From the IMG/VR virus record IMGVR_UViG_3300041964_000148: a DNA stretch of 64,000 bases; one strand, 5' to 3'. This DNA is from a virus. Lineage: Duplodnaviria; Caudoviricetes. Below the pieces are notes generated by a model. It made no database searches, was not told the origin of the DNA, and worked only from the letters and a program-made list of their open reading frames with translations. Below are positions 10,120 to 19,110 of the stretch, one piece after another. The translations under genes were made by a program, and so were the position numbers. The number at the start of each line of letters is the position of its first letter. Within the stretch, counting starts at the first letter, position 1.

Positions 10120-11373
10120 TTACGGCTCAGGCAGTTTCTGACGCTTCTTTTCCCACGCTTGCTGAAAGCCTCCACAATGTTTAGTTGTGGGTTTTTCAGT
10201 AGAGGCTTGAGATCCACGTTTGTCGAGCGTCGTTCCAACGCCCGTTGCCCATATTAGGCAAACTTTAGCTGAGGCTACATCTCTGTCTTCGACACAGCCG
10301 CAAGGACATTGATGTAGTCGTTCAGCCAGTGTTTTAGGTTTGACTTGCCAGCAGTCAGGACATCGTTGAGAAGGCTTGAGTGTCTTAGTTGGAGCTTTCA
10401 GAAATACCCCATCAGCTTCACCTAATTTGTACTCCAGCATTCCCCCCAAAATTCCCCAACCTACATCCAAAATGGAGCGGTTTAGCCCAGACTTCTGTCG
10501 CTTCCGCTTTCCCTTCTTGGCTTTTTTAGTCATCCCCTTGATGTTGAGTTTCTCTGTCACGACCATGCTGTTACTGCTTACTATCTGTGTCGTGACCTGA
10601 TGCGCCCAGTCTTGACGTTGATTAGTCGCTTTGCGCTGCAACTTATTGACTTTAGACTGAGCTTTTTTCCAGCGTTTTGATCCCTTAATCTTTTTCTTGA
10701 AATTGGGGCTACGTTTCCGACGCTTCTGTTTAGATGCCGCTCTGATTTTCTCTTGAGTTGCACCCAAGAAGCGAGGATTTTCTATTTTGGTTCCATCGCT
10801 ACAAGCGACGGCTGTTAGAGTGCCAAAATCAATGCCAATTGCACCCGTTCCGGTTTCTCGGACTGGCTCACATTTGACGGTGATTGAGGCATACCATTTG
10901 CCTTGTCGGTACACGATGGTGCAAGTTGTTGGGATTCCCCAAGTTCTTGCCTTTCCTCTCATCTGAATTTGCCCTAAGTTAGACAGTTCCAGATAGCCGT
11001 TGTCACCCGTGGTGTGTGCTTTCCAACCAGGTGCCGCTGGGTAAGTCCATCCACTATAACGACGAATTGACTTGAATCGGGGGTATCCTCCCAAGCCTTT
11101 GAAGAACCGCTCGTAAGCCATGTCAACCCGTTTAAGGGTAGCCTGTAGGGCTTGGCTTCCTAGCTCTTTGTACTCTGTCCAGACCGTCTTGAACTCAGGT
11201 AATGAGTTTTGTTGGTCGTAGTAGGTAACTGATTTCCCAAAACGTTGATATTGCGTCTTCTTGTTGTACAGCGCTGCATTATAAAGGTCTTTATGTAAAC
11301 GCCTCCAATAGCTCAACTTTTGGGCTTGAGCAATGGAAGGATAAAGACGAAAGGTGCAACGACGGGTTATCAT
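10120..11373 (-). CDS. tnpB: RNA-guided endonuclease TnpB
   Basis: HTH N-terminus; RuvC D (GIDFG), E (VTEKL), D (DRDVA); Zn finger. Confidence 0.93.
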   Translation of the reverse strand: MITRRCTFRLYPSIAQAQKLSYWRRLHKDLYNAALYNKKTQYQRFGKSVTYYDQQNSLPEFKTVWTEYKELGSQALQATLKRVDMAYERFFKGLGGYPRFKSIRRYSGWTYPAAPGWKAHTTGDNGYLELSNLGQIQMRGKARTWGIPTTCTIVYRQGKWYASITVKCEPVRETGTGAIGIDFGTLTAVACSDGTKIENPRFLGATQEKIRAASKQKRRKRSPNFKKKIKGSKRWKKAQSKVNKLQRKATNQRQDWAHQVTTQIVSSNSMVVTEKLNIKGMTKKAKKGKRKRQKSGLNRSILDVGWGILGGMLEYKLGEADGVFLKAPTKTLKPSQRCPDCWQVKPKTLAERLHQCPCGCVEDRDVASAKVCLIWATGVGTTLDKRGSQASTEKPTTKHCGGFQQAWEKKRQKLPEP

Positions 11374-11401
11374 GATGCCAGTATAACGTCAGAGTAAGGT
11401 C

Positions 11402-11545
11402 ATGAAGAAGCTAACTGTTCGATTTTCTGATAGCGAGTACAAGAGCCTGACTCAACAGAGTATTGATGTTGAGCGTTCTCTGAACGAGATTGTCCGAGAA
11501 GCCGTTAGAGAATATATAAAGAATCAGACTTCCCCACAGCATTGA
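11402..11545 (+). CDS. ribbon-helix-helix (CopG-like) protein inside the IS
   Basis: Manual translation MKKLTVRFSDSEYKSLTQQSIDVERSLNEIVREAVREYIKNQTSPQH (below the ORF-track cutoff). Confidence 0.75.
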   Translation: MKKLTVRFSDSEYKSLTQQSIDVERSLNEIVREAVREYIKNQTSPQH

Positions 11546-11573
11546 TTCGCTTTCATCCCCCAGTGCCTTCGGC

Positions 11574-12701
11574 TCAGGGGGATTTCCCGCTCACACTTGT
11601 TAAGCGTTCTTTGAGTACAGCAAATGCGATCGCTCCCACCTGAGGGACAATGGCATTTCCCAATACAGATACCTGGCTGTTCATGAGACCTCGTGCCTCC
11701 ATATACTCTTTTAGAGTTTGGTCAAACTCTTGCTTGAGTTCTTGATATTCGCTTGCGCCCTCTCCTTCAAGGCACTCAGCTTGTCGATCAAATTTTTTGT
11801 GGTAGGCTCGCTTGAGTTGATCATACTCTCTTCGATCTGCTGGTGATAGGGCTTTAATTTCTCTTGGAGAAAGTTCAACCGAGCCACGAGGCTCCCTTGT
11901 AAAACTGGGCATTGTGGATGCGGTGAGCCACCCATCAAGGTCTGGGTGTCGCAAGAGATATCCGCCCAAGTTGGCGGGTAGCCCATCATCGCTGCCACAA
12001 AGTAAGGGTTGAGGGTAGTGTCCTTTGTCGTTAAATTCAGTAGGGAGTACTTTCTCCTGTTTTTTGCCTCCGCCACTGAGCCGCCCCGTGAGAGACCGGC
12101 TGTTGGCGTAGGCAATAATCCATATTCGCGCTCGAAGGTGGGTTCCTCCCACTCCAATGCGGAATCTTTTTTCTTTACCTCGGCTAGAGCCTGTTTCCAA
12201 ATGGGCGCATGGTACAGTTCCCCATTCGACATCGAACCCCAGCTCGTCCAGGTCTCGCAAAATTCCCTTGAAAAATTCTCCAGATTCGGAAGATAGCAAT
12301 CCAGGGACGTTTTCCAGCACCGCCCATCTGGGCTGAACTTCGCGAAGGATTCGCCGAATCTCAGGCCATAAGTCCCGCTCGTCTTCCGAAGCCTTTTTCT
12401 TGCCGAGGACTGCGTGGGGTTGGCAAGGGAAGCCGCCGGAGATTCCGTCGATCCTAGGGACTCCCAATTGTCGAAGAGATTCAACTGTAACATCGCATAC
12501 ATTTTTAATTAAAGGAATGCCAGGGAACCTAAGTGACAACAATTCTTGGCAGTAATCATCATTATCACATACAGCAACTGTCTCAAGTCGAAGATCATTG
12601 TCATCCCCTTCTCTACTAATGGATTCTGCCAGGAGGAATCCTCCTCCTCCAGAACACAAATCCAACACGTAGTGGGTGTTCTCGTCCTGTAATAGCTTCA
12701 T
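11574..12701 (-). CDS. C5 DNA methyltransferase, alpha subunit (3' end altered by IS)
   Basis: Motifs I (LCSGGGG), IV (GFPCQ), VI (ENV), VIII (RARIW), X (GNAIVP); motif IX missing. Confidence 0.88.
   Translation of the reverse strand: MKLLQDENTHYVLDLCSGGGGFLLAESISREGDDNDLRLETVAVCDNDDYCQELLSLRFPGIPLIKNVCDVTVESLRQLGVPRIDGISGGFPCQPHAVLGKKKASEDERDLWPEIRRILREVQPRWAVLENVPGLLSSESGEFFKGILRDLDELGFDVEWGTVPCAHLETGSSRGKEKRFRIGVGGTHLRARIWIIAYANSRSLTGRLSGGGKKQEKVLPTEFNDKGHYPQPLLCGSDDGLPANLGGYLLRHPDLDGWLTASTMPSFTREPRGSVELSPREIKALSPADRREYDQLKRAYHKKFDRQAECLEGEGASEYQELKQEFDQTLKEYMEARGLMNSQVSVLGNAIVPQVGAIAFAVLKERLTSVSGKSP
11711..12493 (-). CDS. C5 methyltransferase beta subunit, nested in an alternative frame
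   Basis: LLPTPTA and motif-IX-like LNPYFVAAMMGYPPTW; paralogous to 12802..13722. Confidence 0.75.
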   Translation of the reverse strand: MLQLNLFDNWESLGSTESPAASLANPTQSSARKRLRKTSGTYGLRFGESFAKFSPDGRCWKTSLDCYLPNLENFSREFCETWTSWGSMSNGELYHAPIWKQALAEVKKKDSALEWEEPTFEREYGLLPTPTAGLSRGGSVAEAKNRRKYSLLNLTTKDTTLNPYFVAAMMGYPPTWADISCDTQTLMGGSPHPQCPVLQGSLVARLNFLQEKLKPYHQQIEESMINSSEPTTKNLIDKLSALKERAQANIKNSSKSLTKL

Positions 12702-13927
12702 TTTTCCTCCTTAAGTGCTGACAAACGTTCCTTAAGTACAGCAAATGCGATCGCTCCGACATGAGGGACAATCGCGTTCCCGAATATCGATAGCTGGGTA
12801 TTTATTGCCTTTTTAAGTTCTTTGTACTCGTTAAGCTTGAGCAAGAATTGCTCCTGGAATTGGCAATATTGGTTTGCGCTCTCTCCTTCAAGGCACTCAG
12901 CTTGTCGATCAAATTCCTTATCGAAGGCTCGTTTGAGTTTCTGATATTCGCTTCGATCTTCTGGTGAAAGGGATCTAATTTCTCCTGGAGTGAGTTCAAT
13001 TGAACAACGCACCTGCCGAAAGAAGCAGGGGATTGTGGATGCGGTGAGCCACCCATCAAGGTCTGGGTGTCGCAAGAGATATCCGCCCAGGTTGGGGGGT
13101 AGCCCATCATCACCGCCGAAAGGTAAGGATTGAGGCATCTGCTCTCTTGATGTGGGGTCATCAGCCGGACAAAGCGACTCAACCCCACTGACCCATTTAC
13201 TCCTTGGTTGCTGATCTTCCTTGGTGTTCCATTTCTTGTGAAATAGATCTTCGTATTCTCGTTGAAGACCGCCGCCATTGTGGCATCGGATGCCGTTGGG
13301 GTAGGGATCAGGGTTTTGATGATTTGTCGCAGCCCCTTCCCCTTGAAGGTGGCGGTAAGCGACAATCCAGACTCGCTCTCGGAGATGAACTCCTCCAGCT
13401 CCAATAAACTCGTTAGGGCTTGCTTCCATATAGGCGCAGGAAATAACTCCCCACTCAACATCAAACCCCAGTTGGGCAAGATCTCCAAATATTCCTCGTA
13501 GGAACCGTCCAGCGTCCGTTCTAAATAGCCCTGGGACATTTTCAAAAACCGCCCAGATGGGCTGAACTTCGCGAAGGATTCGCCGAATCTCCGGCCACAA
13601 GTCCCGTTCGTCTTTAGAGCCTTTTTTCTTGCCGGCGACGCTATGGGGCTGGCAGGGGAATCCGCCGCAAATTCCGTCGATTTTGGGGATTCCCAATTGT
13701 CGAAGAGATTTAGTTGTGACATCGGATATATCTGGGATGACAGGGATGTGGGGAAATCTTAGCCTTAATACATCCTGACAATTTTCGTTGTTATCGCACA
13801 CAACTACCGTCTCCAGCCGCAGGGCGTTTTTAGCCTGCTGGGAGATGGCTTCCGCTAGGATAAATCCTCCTCCTCCAGAGCATAAATCCATTACGTAGTG
13901 GATGTTTTCGTCATGTGACAGGCTCAC
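12698..13927 (-). CDS. C5 DNA methyltransferase, alpha subunit (paralog)
   Basis: Same motifs I, IV, VI, VIII, X; motif IX missing. Confidence 0.88.
   Translation of the reverse strand: MSLSHDENIHYVMDLCSGGGGFILAEAISQQAKNALRLETVVVCDNNENCQDVLRLRFPHIPVIPDISDVTTKSLRQLGIPKIDGICGGFPCQPHSVAGKKKGSKDERDLWPEIRRILREVQPIWAVFENVPGLFRTDAGRFLRGIFGDLAQLGFDVEWGVISCAYMEASPNEFIGAGGVHLRERVWIVAYRHLQGEGAATNHQNPDPYPNGIRCHNGGGLQREYEDLFHKKWNTKEDQQPRSKWVSGVESLCPADDPTSREQMPQSLPFGGDDGLPPNLGGYLLRHPDLDGWLTASTIPCFFRQVRCSIELTPGEIRSLSPEDRSEYQKLKRAFDKEFDRQAECLEGESANQYCQFQEQFLLKLNEYKELKKAINTQLSIFGNAIVPHVGAIAFAVLKERLSALKEEK
12802..13722 (-). CDS. C5 methyltransferase beta subunit, nested in an alternative frame
   Basis: LIPTPTASD and LNPYLSAVMMGYPPTW; 306-codon open overlapping frame. 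Confidence 0.78.
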   Translation of the reverse strand: MSQLNLFDNWESPKSTEFAADSPASPIASPARKKALKTNGTCGRRFGESFAKFSPSGRFLKMSQGYLERTLDGSYEEYLEILPNWGLMLSGELFPAPIWKQALTSLLELEEFISESESGLSLTATFKGKGLRQIIKTLIPTPTASDATMAAVFNENTKIYFTRNGTPRKISNQGVNGSVGLSRFVRLMTPHQESRCLNPYLSAVMMGYPPTWADISCDTQTLMGGSPHPQSPASFGRCVVQLNSLQEKLDPFHQKIEANIRNSNEPSIRNLIDKLSALKERAQTNIANSRSNSCSSLTSTKNLKRQ

Positions 13928-14567
13928 TTTTTACCTCCACGACAGAGGAACATGGGAGACTTTTTTGTCCCGGAATCGTGCCTATAAAGCTGTTCCAAGC
14001 GTCCAAATCGGTTTTGATGACATCCAGTTGCTTTGGATCTTTAGCCTCCCAGCGCACTGCCTTAACCCCTCCAGGAAAATGAAATTCAACGACCAAGGGG
14101 TTCAACTCATACCCACCCCAGCATCTTGTAAAACTGATCCCAGGAAATAGTTCTAGTAAGTATTTTTGCGCCTTGTCTTTTTCTTCTTGAATCCTCTTGG
14201 ACTTAGCATTGAAGTCTGCTTGGCAGTCTCGACTACAAAACGCGACCTTTCTATTGAACTTCGGTTCTAGAGGTTCCCAACGCTCATCCTCCTCTTCATT
14301 GTTTTTGGACACGTTACAAAAGCAATGAGGACACTCAAAAGTCCAACCATCGTTGTACAGGATCTCCGCTGGGACATACCCCAGTGCCGCGTAGTGATCG
14401 TATTCAGGTAGCCGCTCAACCTTGAGGATTTCCGGTTCACTCCACAATTTACAGGCTCCTGCCACCGCCGCTTGCGCTTTTTCTAGGGCAAAAACAATAT
14501 CCGCCCCCTCTTCCTCATCTTCCACATACCAAGCTACTGAAGCTGTCGGATTCACTAAATCATTCAT
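13911..14567 (-). CDS. hypothetical phage protein (Cys motifs)
   Basis: GWTFECPHC, FCSRDC; overlaps neighbours in the operon. Confidence 0.7.
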   Translation of the reverse strand: MNDLVNPTASVAWYVEDEEEGADIVFALEKAQAAVAGACKLWSEPEILKVERLPEYDHYAALGYVPAEILYNDGWTFECPHCFCNVSKNNEEEDERWEPLEPKFNRKVAFCSRDCQADFNAKSKRIQEEKDKAQKYLLELFPGISFTRCWGGYELNPLVVEFHFPGGVKAVRWEAKDPKQLDVIKTDLDAWNSFIGTIPGQKSLPCSSVVEVKSEPVT

Positions 14568-15438
14568 AATTTGTCTCCGTCACGGTTCTCCGTGATGAAC
14601 TATCTAACTGGTATTTTTTGATCAATAAATCCAACTTGTCGGCGATAAAGTTGGGATAGCACATCTCCTGTGCGCCATCAAAGACCGTCCATAACTGCCA
14701 CCAAGCCGTTAGATCCATCTCTCCTTCGCGCTCTAGAAAAATATCGGCTTCCTCTTCCACCCCATAGGCATTAAGGCTGTAGAACAAAGGGGCAGAACAG
14801 CGATCGCAAACTCTCCGACCATCGGCTATTTCCAGGCTGAACCTGTGAGGCTTGATTGTGTAGTAGGAACTACTCCACCAATACCCCCACTGGCAAAGTC
14901 TCCACAGAGTATCTGCAAGCTTATAATGCTGCCGGGATAGCAACATACAGGCGTAAATCAAGCTACTCCGAGTTCGGGTTATGAAACTACTTGCACAATC
15001 CCAGCAGTATTCTTCCCCAGTATCTTTGAGGAACCGCTGGTCGAGGTAATAAGGGTCTGAGATATTCACCCCCCTGGATAGCTCCTGAAGTCGCTCAAAA
15101 GCTTCCTCAAGTCTAGACACTCGCTCTGGTGATGCATTTCTCTTGGGATAAACATCATGCTGCAACCAAACTTTGGCTGCCCTAATATCTACGATCAGGT
15201 CTTTGACTAGGTAAAGGAACCTGTCCCCCGCAGGGATTCTTGGAGGGGTGATTTGTTCACGCAGTAGTTGCGATCGCGTTGCGAGGTTTGCTAAATCAAA
15301 CCCACTCAAATCCAACCAAGGGTATAGGGGTTCATAGGTGCGAACCTTCCGCCGGGATTCTTCCTGCTCAACTATTTCAATTTCGGAACTTATTCGGTTT
15401 AATTGCCGGATTAACGTGTCTAAGACTGGTGATCTCAT
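14560..15438 (-). CDS. hypothetical protein (CxxC pairs)
   Basis: CWDC, CDRC; operon context. Confidence 0.7.
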   Translation of the reverse strand: MRSPVLDTLIRQLNRISSEIEIVEQEESRRKVRTYEPLYPWLDLSGFDLANLATRSQLLREQITPPRIPAGDRFLYLVKDLIVDIRAAKVWLQHDVYPKRNASPERVSRLEEAFERLQELSRGVNISDPYYLDQRFLKDTGEEYCWDCASSFITRTRSSLIYACMLLSRQHYKLADTLWRLCQWGYWWSSSYYTIKPHRFSLEIADGRRVCDRCSAPLFYSLNAYGVEEEADIFLEREGEMDLTAWWQLWTVFDGAQEMCYPNFIADKLDLLIKKYQLDSSSRRTVTETNYE

Positions 15439-15472
15439 TTTTACTTTGTCATGAACCTCTGTTGTGTAGCTT

Positions 15473-17071
15473 TTAGAACTCGTAGATTGCTATTATTCTT
15501 CCCTGCTCGTCATAGTCGGCACAGTACTCCTCGTTTTCCTCAATAAACTTCTGAGCTTGGGTTTGGACAGATATATCAACTCGAAACACCGAGTCTTCCA
15601 GCGCTGCTTTTAATCGGTCGAGAACTGCCTCAGGTGAAGATGGTGGCGGAGCCTTGGGCAAAGTTCGCTTCCGAGCTAGCTCTGCTATCTGCTGGAATAT
15701 TAGCTTTGAACCCGCAGCGGCGTGTTGTTGATCTTCCTCTGTTATTTGCTTTGGTTTCCACTCGTTATGATTTTCTACGCCTTGTGGCAGGACAGGGGTT
15801 TTTGTAATGTCTCGTCCTGACAGTGTTTCGGATTTGGATACCCCTGTTTGAGGCATTGGTGATCGCACAGCTTCTAGATTGGTCTCTAGATACTCCTTCT
15901 CATCGTCAGGTACAACTCCACCACTGGCTATACGCTGTGCAGCACTTTCATAGTGGTGGTTGAAGGTTAGAGAGTAGGTTCTCCACCTCAAAGAAATTTT
16001 GTCTGGTTCATTAAAGAAATTACTAATGACAGCTTCTTCGGCATCATAAACGGACGAGTATGTCCACTTCTTCATCCACTCCTGAGCTTTCCATCTGACA
16101 AACTCACCCTTAAACTCGTTATTTCGATTTAGCCAGGGTGTCTCACCTTCACAGTACACAAGGTTAGGATGCACCTCGCGCCTTCGATCCTGCCTCCACT
16201 TTGTAGATTCAGAGACTTTTTTATCTGTTATCACAGCAGCGGCGGAATTTTTATCTTCACCAGGAGTTTCTATTGCTTGCAAAGGAATGACCTCAATTTG
16301 TGGATCTTTTGACAGGGTGTTGCTTGGAGTTTCTTCTTCCGGTTCCGGAATCTCAAATCCAAATTGCTTTTCTTTCGCAGCCCTAGGGTTATTGCCGATA
16401 GATCTTGGATTGGTTCCAACAGCCCTAGGGTTATTACCGATAGCTCTTAAATTAGTTCCATCTTCTCTTTTTCCTGATTTACTTCCCCCTTCTTTTTTTT
16501 CCCCGCTTGCGGGGTTAGGGGGGTTGATCTGATGAATAGATCTAATTTCTGATCTATTCATAGATGATGGTCCACCCAGCGGATGCTCCATCATCTCCTG
16601 GGTGGATGGTCGATCATCCTCTGAGTGGATACTCTCATTTTCAGGATCATCCATTTTTGGCACTATCTGATTTCTCGACGTTACAGCCGTTTTAGAGGCA
16701 TTCATGATTAACTCACCGATTGTCTCTGGATTGGGTCTGTAAAACTTAGTTTGATTCCATTGACCCGATAAAAACTGACCCGATATCAAGTAACCCTTAT
16801 CTTCAATATTTAAAAGTAGCCGTTGAAGTTTGCGGGGGTTCCCCAAGCACGGATACATCTCACTCCACTCTTGGTAAGTGGCAGCAGTCCACCACTCGTC
16901 ATCGTGGTAGTACTTTTCCCTGCCAGTGATCGCATTGTTTTGACACCAATCTTCTATGATTTCAAGTAGCAAAGCCTCAAGTACTCCAATTTGGTTCGCC
17001 ATTCCCCACACCAGCTTGGTAAAAGGAAGACGATGGAGGGACTTGTAGGCAGCTACAGCAGCCGTAGTCAT
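15473..17071 (-). CDS. phage replication initiator / replisome organizer-like protein
   Basis: N-terminal wHTH-like segment (EALLL..I.DW..W...TYQEW..R.LQRLL..GYL..TKFYRPN); internal repeats. Confidence 0.7.
   Translation of the reverse strand: MTTAAVAAYKSLHRLPFTKLVWGMANQIGVLEALLLEIIEDWCQNNAITGREKYYHDDEWWTAATYQEWSEMYPCLGNPRKLQRLLLNIEDKGYLISGQFLSGQWNQTKFYRPNPETIGELIMNASKTAVTSRNQIVPKMDDPENESIHSEDDRPSTQEMMEHPLGGPSSMNRSEIRSIHQINPPNPASGEKKEGGSKSGKREDGTNLRAIGNNPRAVGTNPRSIGNNPRAAKEKQFGFEIPEPEEETPSNTLSKDPQIEVIPLQAIETPGEDKNSAAAVITDKKVSESTKWRQDRRREVHPNLVYCEGETPWLNRNNEFKGEFVRWKAQEWMKKWTYSSVYDAEEAVISNFFNEPDKISLRWRTYSLTFNHHYESAAQRIASGGVVPDDEKEYLETNLEAVRSPMPQTGVSKSETLSGRDITKTPVLPQGVENHNEWKPKQITEEDQQHAAAGSKLIFQQIAELARKRTLPKAPPPSSPEAVLDRLKAALEDSVFRVDISVQTQAQKFIEENEEYCADYDEQGRIIAIYEF
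16379..16448. repeat. three to four 21-bp tandem units (RAIGNNP/RAVGTNP/RSIGNNP) inside the initiator gene
   Basis: GCCCTAGGGTTATT recurs with 42-bp period. Confidence 0.7.
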
Positions 17072-17124
17072 GAATTCTCCTTGTTATATCGTCTGGTTTT
17101 GTAGGTACTTTGATGAATGATGTA

Positions 17125-17763
17125 TTACAACAATTCCTTTTGCATGACAAGTAAAACAAATGCCTCTATTAGCCCAAGGACGTAATAGTAAATTTCCTCA
17201 AATACGGCTTCCTCAAAACCGTAAAGATAAAAAGAGGATTTAACTCTTTCTGGTACCACGCTTGTAAGAAAAGGATACGCTTGCTCTAGCTGCCCCCTTT
17301 CTGTCACTACACCATAAGCCCTTGAGATTAGGTCGTGGAACCCAGAAAGGTGGGCTTCGGTAAATTTGTGATCAATTGGATCTCCTGCGTGATCTGTCAG
17401 TAGGTTTTTAAGGAATTCCTTGAACCAGCCTTCGATAACTGCCATATTGACCACTGATCCAACGCAAAATGCGGCGAGATTGGCTTTCCTCTCTTCTTCA
17501 TTAAATTCAAACCAATCGCCACGAACCCGATATTCTTTTAAAAGCCTATGCCAGTATGTCTCGTCAGATGGGGCGTCCACTGTCCAAAACGAATCGATAA
17601 TTTTCAGTGGATAGGGCGATTGATTTTGTAAAGTCTGGTGTCTCGCTATAGGTTTAACGCTGCGCCCAATCTTGTAGCGATTGGTTCCAACTGCGTGAAT
17701 CAAATAAACCCAGCCTTCACGTCCTACTGAAATATCCTCTAGTCTTATTATTTTGCCCATCAC
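17125..17763 (-). CDS. GIY-YIG (T5orf172-like) domain protein
   Basis: GWVYLI..YKIGRS..R..LQ..SP..E..H..RVRGDWF. Confidence 0.85.
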   Translation of the reverse strand: MMGKIIRLEDISVGREGWVYLIHAVGTNRYKIGRSVKPIARHQTLQNQSPYPLKIIDSFWTVDAPSDETYWHRLLKEYRVRGDWFEFNEEERKANLAAFCVGSVVNMAVIEGWFKEFLKNLLTDHAGDPIDHKFTEAHLSGFHDLISRAYGVVTERGQLEQAYPFLTSVVPERVKSSFYLYGFEEAVFEEIYYYVLGLIEAFVLLVMQKELL

Positions 17764-17815
17764 AAAACCTCTTTGGCGATCGCCAGTGTAATTGCATCAA
17801 TAGGATCGTCAATAT

Positions 17816-18010
17816 TCATCCTTTACCTCCTGACACGTCTTCTGCCTGCACATTGATCGCCGTGCAGTGTTTATGGGACTTGCTAAACTCCTTGCTCATA
17901 GCTAACCAGAGTTCTAGAGGCACTGGAGTGTTGGGCTGATAATGCCCGCCACATCGCTTGCACCTAAAGTCTAAATTTGGGGTTGTGACAACCCAATCTT
18001 GTTTACTCAT
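17816..18010 (-). CDS. small Zn-binding hypothetical protein
   Basis: CKRCG..HKHC; ATGA coupling. Confidence 0.6.
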   Translation of the reverse strand: MSKQDWVVTTPNLDFRCKRCGGHYQPNTPVPLELWLAMSKEFSKSHKHCTAINVQAEDVSGGKG

Positions 18011-18315
18011 CCTTCTCCCTCTGCATCCACTGCATTTAATCGAGCATCCAACTCTTCCTGGCTCTTGATGTCCCCAAGCAACTCTGTGCTGTTAACATCA
18101 ATGCCTATTCTGGTGAGATGCTCTGTGAACAGTTGTTGCACTTCCGGCTCACAGTGCGCCATCGCATCTACCCATGTTGGGCTTCGCTTGTTAGCGTTGG
18201 CAAATGTGAATCGGTAGTAGAATGAGGTCGCATCGTGCGGGGACTCAGGAGAATGCTCGACCGCACAAATTCTGCATTTATTTGGGGCAGGAGGTACTAC
18301 TTGCCAGTCGGTCAT
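18007..18315 (-). CDS. hypothetical phage protein
   Basis: CRICAVEH..PH..TW.DAMAHC; GGAGG RBS. Confidence 0.7.
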   Translation of the reverse strand: MTDWQVVPPAPNKCRICAVEHSPESPHDATSFYYRFTFANANKRSPTWVDAMAHCEPEVQQLFTEHLTRIGIDVNSTELLGDIKSQEELDARLNAVDAEGEG

Positions 18316-19110
18316 GCCAAACCTCCTACAGCGATTTGCTGCAAGTAGATATCTTGGATCATTTTGCTATTCCTTTTAGTGCAAACTTTTTTCCGCATAC
18401 TGGGGCGGAAGTAGAGTTCTAAAATTAAGAACTTCATTGGAACAAATCTGAATACTTGTCGGCAAGGCAAAAAATGCCCTATAATACTTTCCATAGCGCT
18501 CCGCTTATCGCAATTAAGTGGACTTAACTCGCTTCCTGAAAGGCCTCTTTAGATGGTCAGATCTAAAGCCCCGCCTGGGAGCGAATCTTTTCAAAAATGA
18601 TAGCACATTCTTTGTGTGTGGATTTATGCAAGCAAGAAGGCTTCGCTCTTGCATACCTGCCCAAAAAACTGTACTATTAAATACTGAAGGCACTAATGCG
18701 CCTCGAAGAAAAAGCATATATTAATCCTTAGATGCAGACACCCCTCGGTGTCTTTTTTTTGTTTATATAGGAATTTTAGGCTTACCTCGGAAAATGGGCA
18801 ACCCTTTTTTAACTATGCCCACGCGATCGCTTGGGGTTACAGTACCGCGTTACAATCTTCGTCTAACATTTCATTCGATATGGGGGTGATAGGTAGAATT
18901 ATGTGTTTGCAGAAACTTGGTTAAGTACAGTTCTGGCGATTGTCACTAAAGGCAAAAAAACTCTGAAGACGTTACAGGATTAGGGTTTTGGCGGCTGGCA
19001 GTTTGAGGTAAAAGTAATTGACCACCCAACTCTCGCCTTTATTTATGCGATCGCACTTCACCTGGGTTGATGTTACAATCCGGGAAGTCTTGTGAAAAAT
19101 TTATCGCATT

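Larger units (their letters stand above)
10102..11599 (-). mobile_element. IS200/IS605-family non-autonomous element (tnpB plus RHH gene)
   Basis: Related subterminal hairpin sequence CCTGAGCCG(T)AAGGCACTGG at both ends; right end ..GTTCA; inserted after TTAA; removal restores a reading frame. Confidence 0.8.

Noticed and set aside
11711-13722. Methyltransferases as frameshifted pseudogenes
   Set aside because: The alpha frames run intact from motif I to X, and the nested frames are conserved in both paralogs with homologous starts
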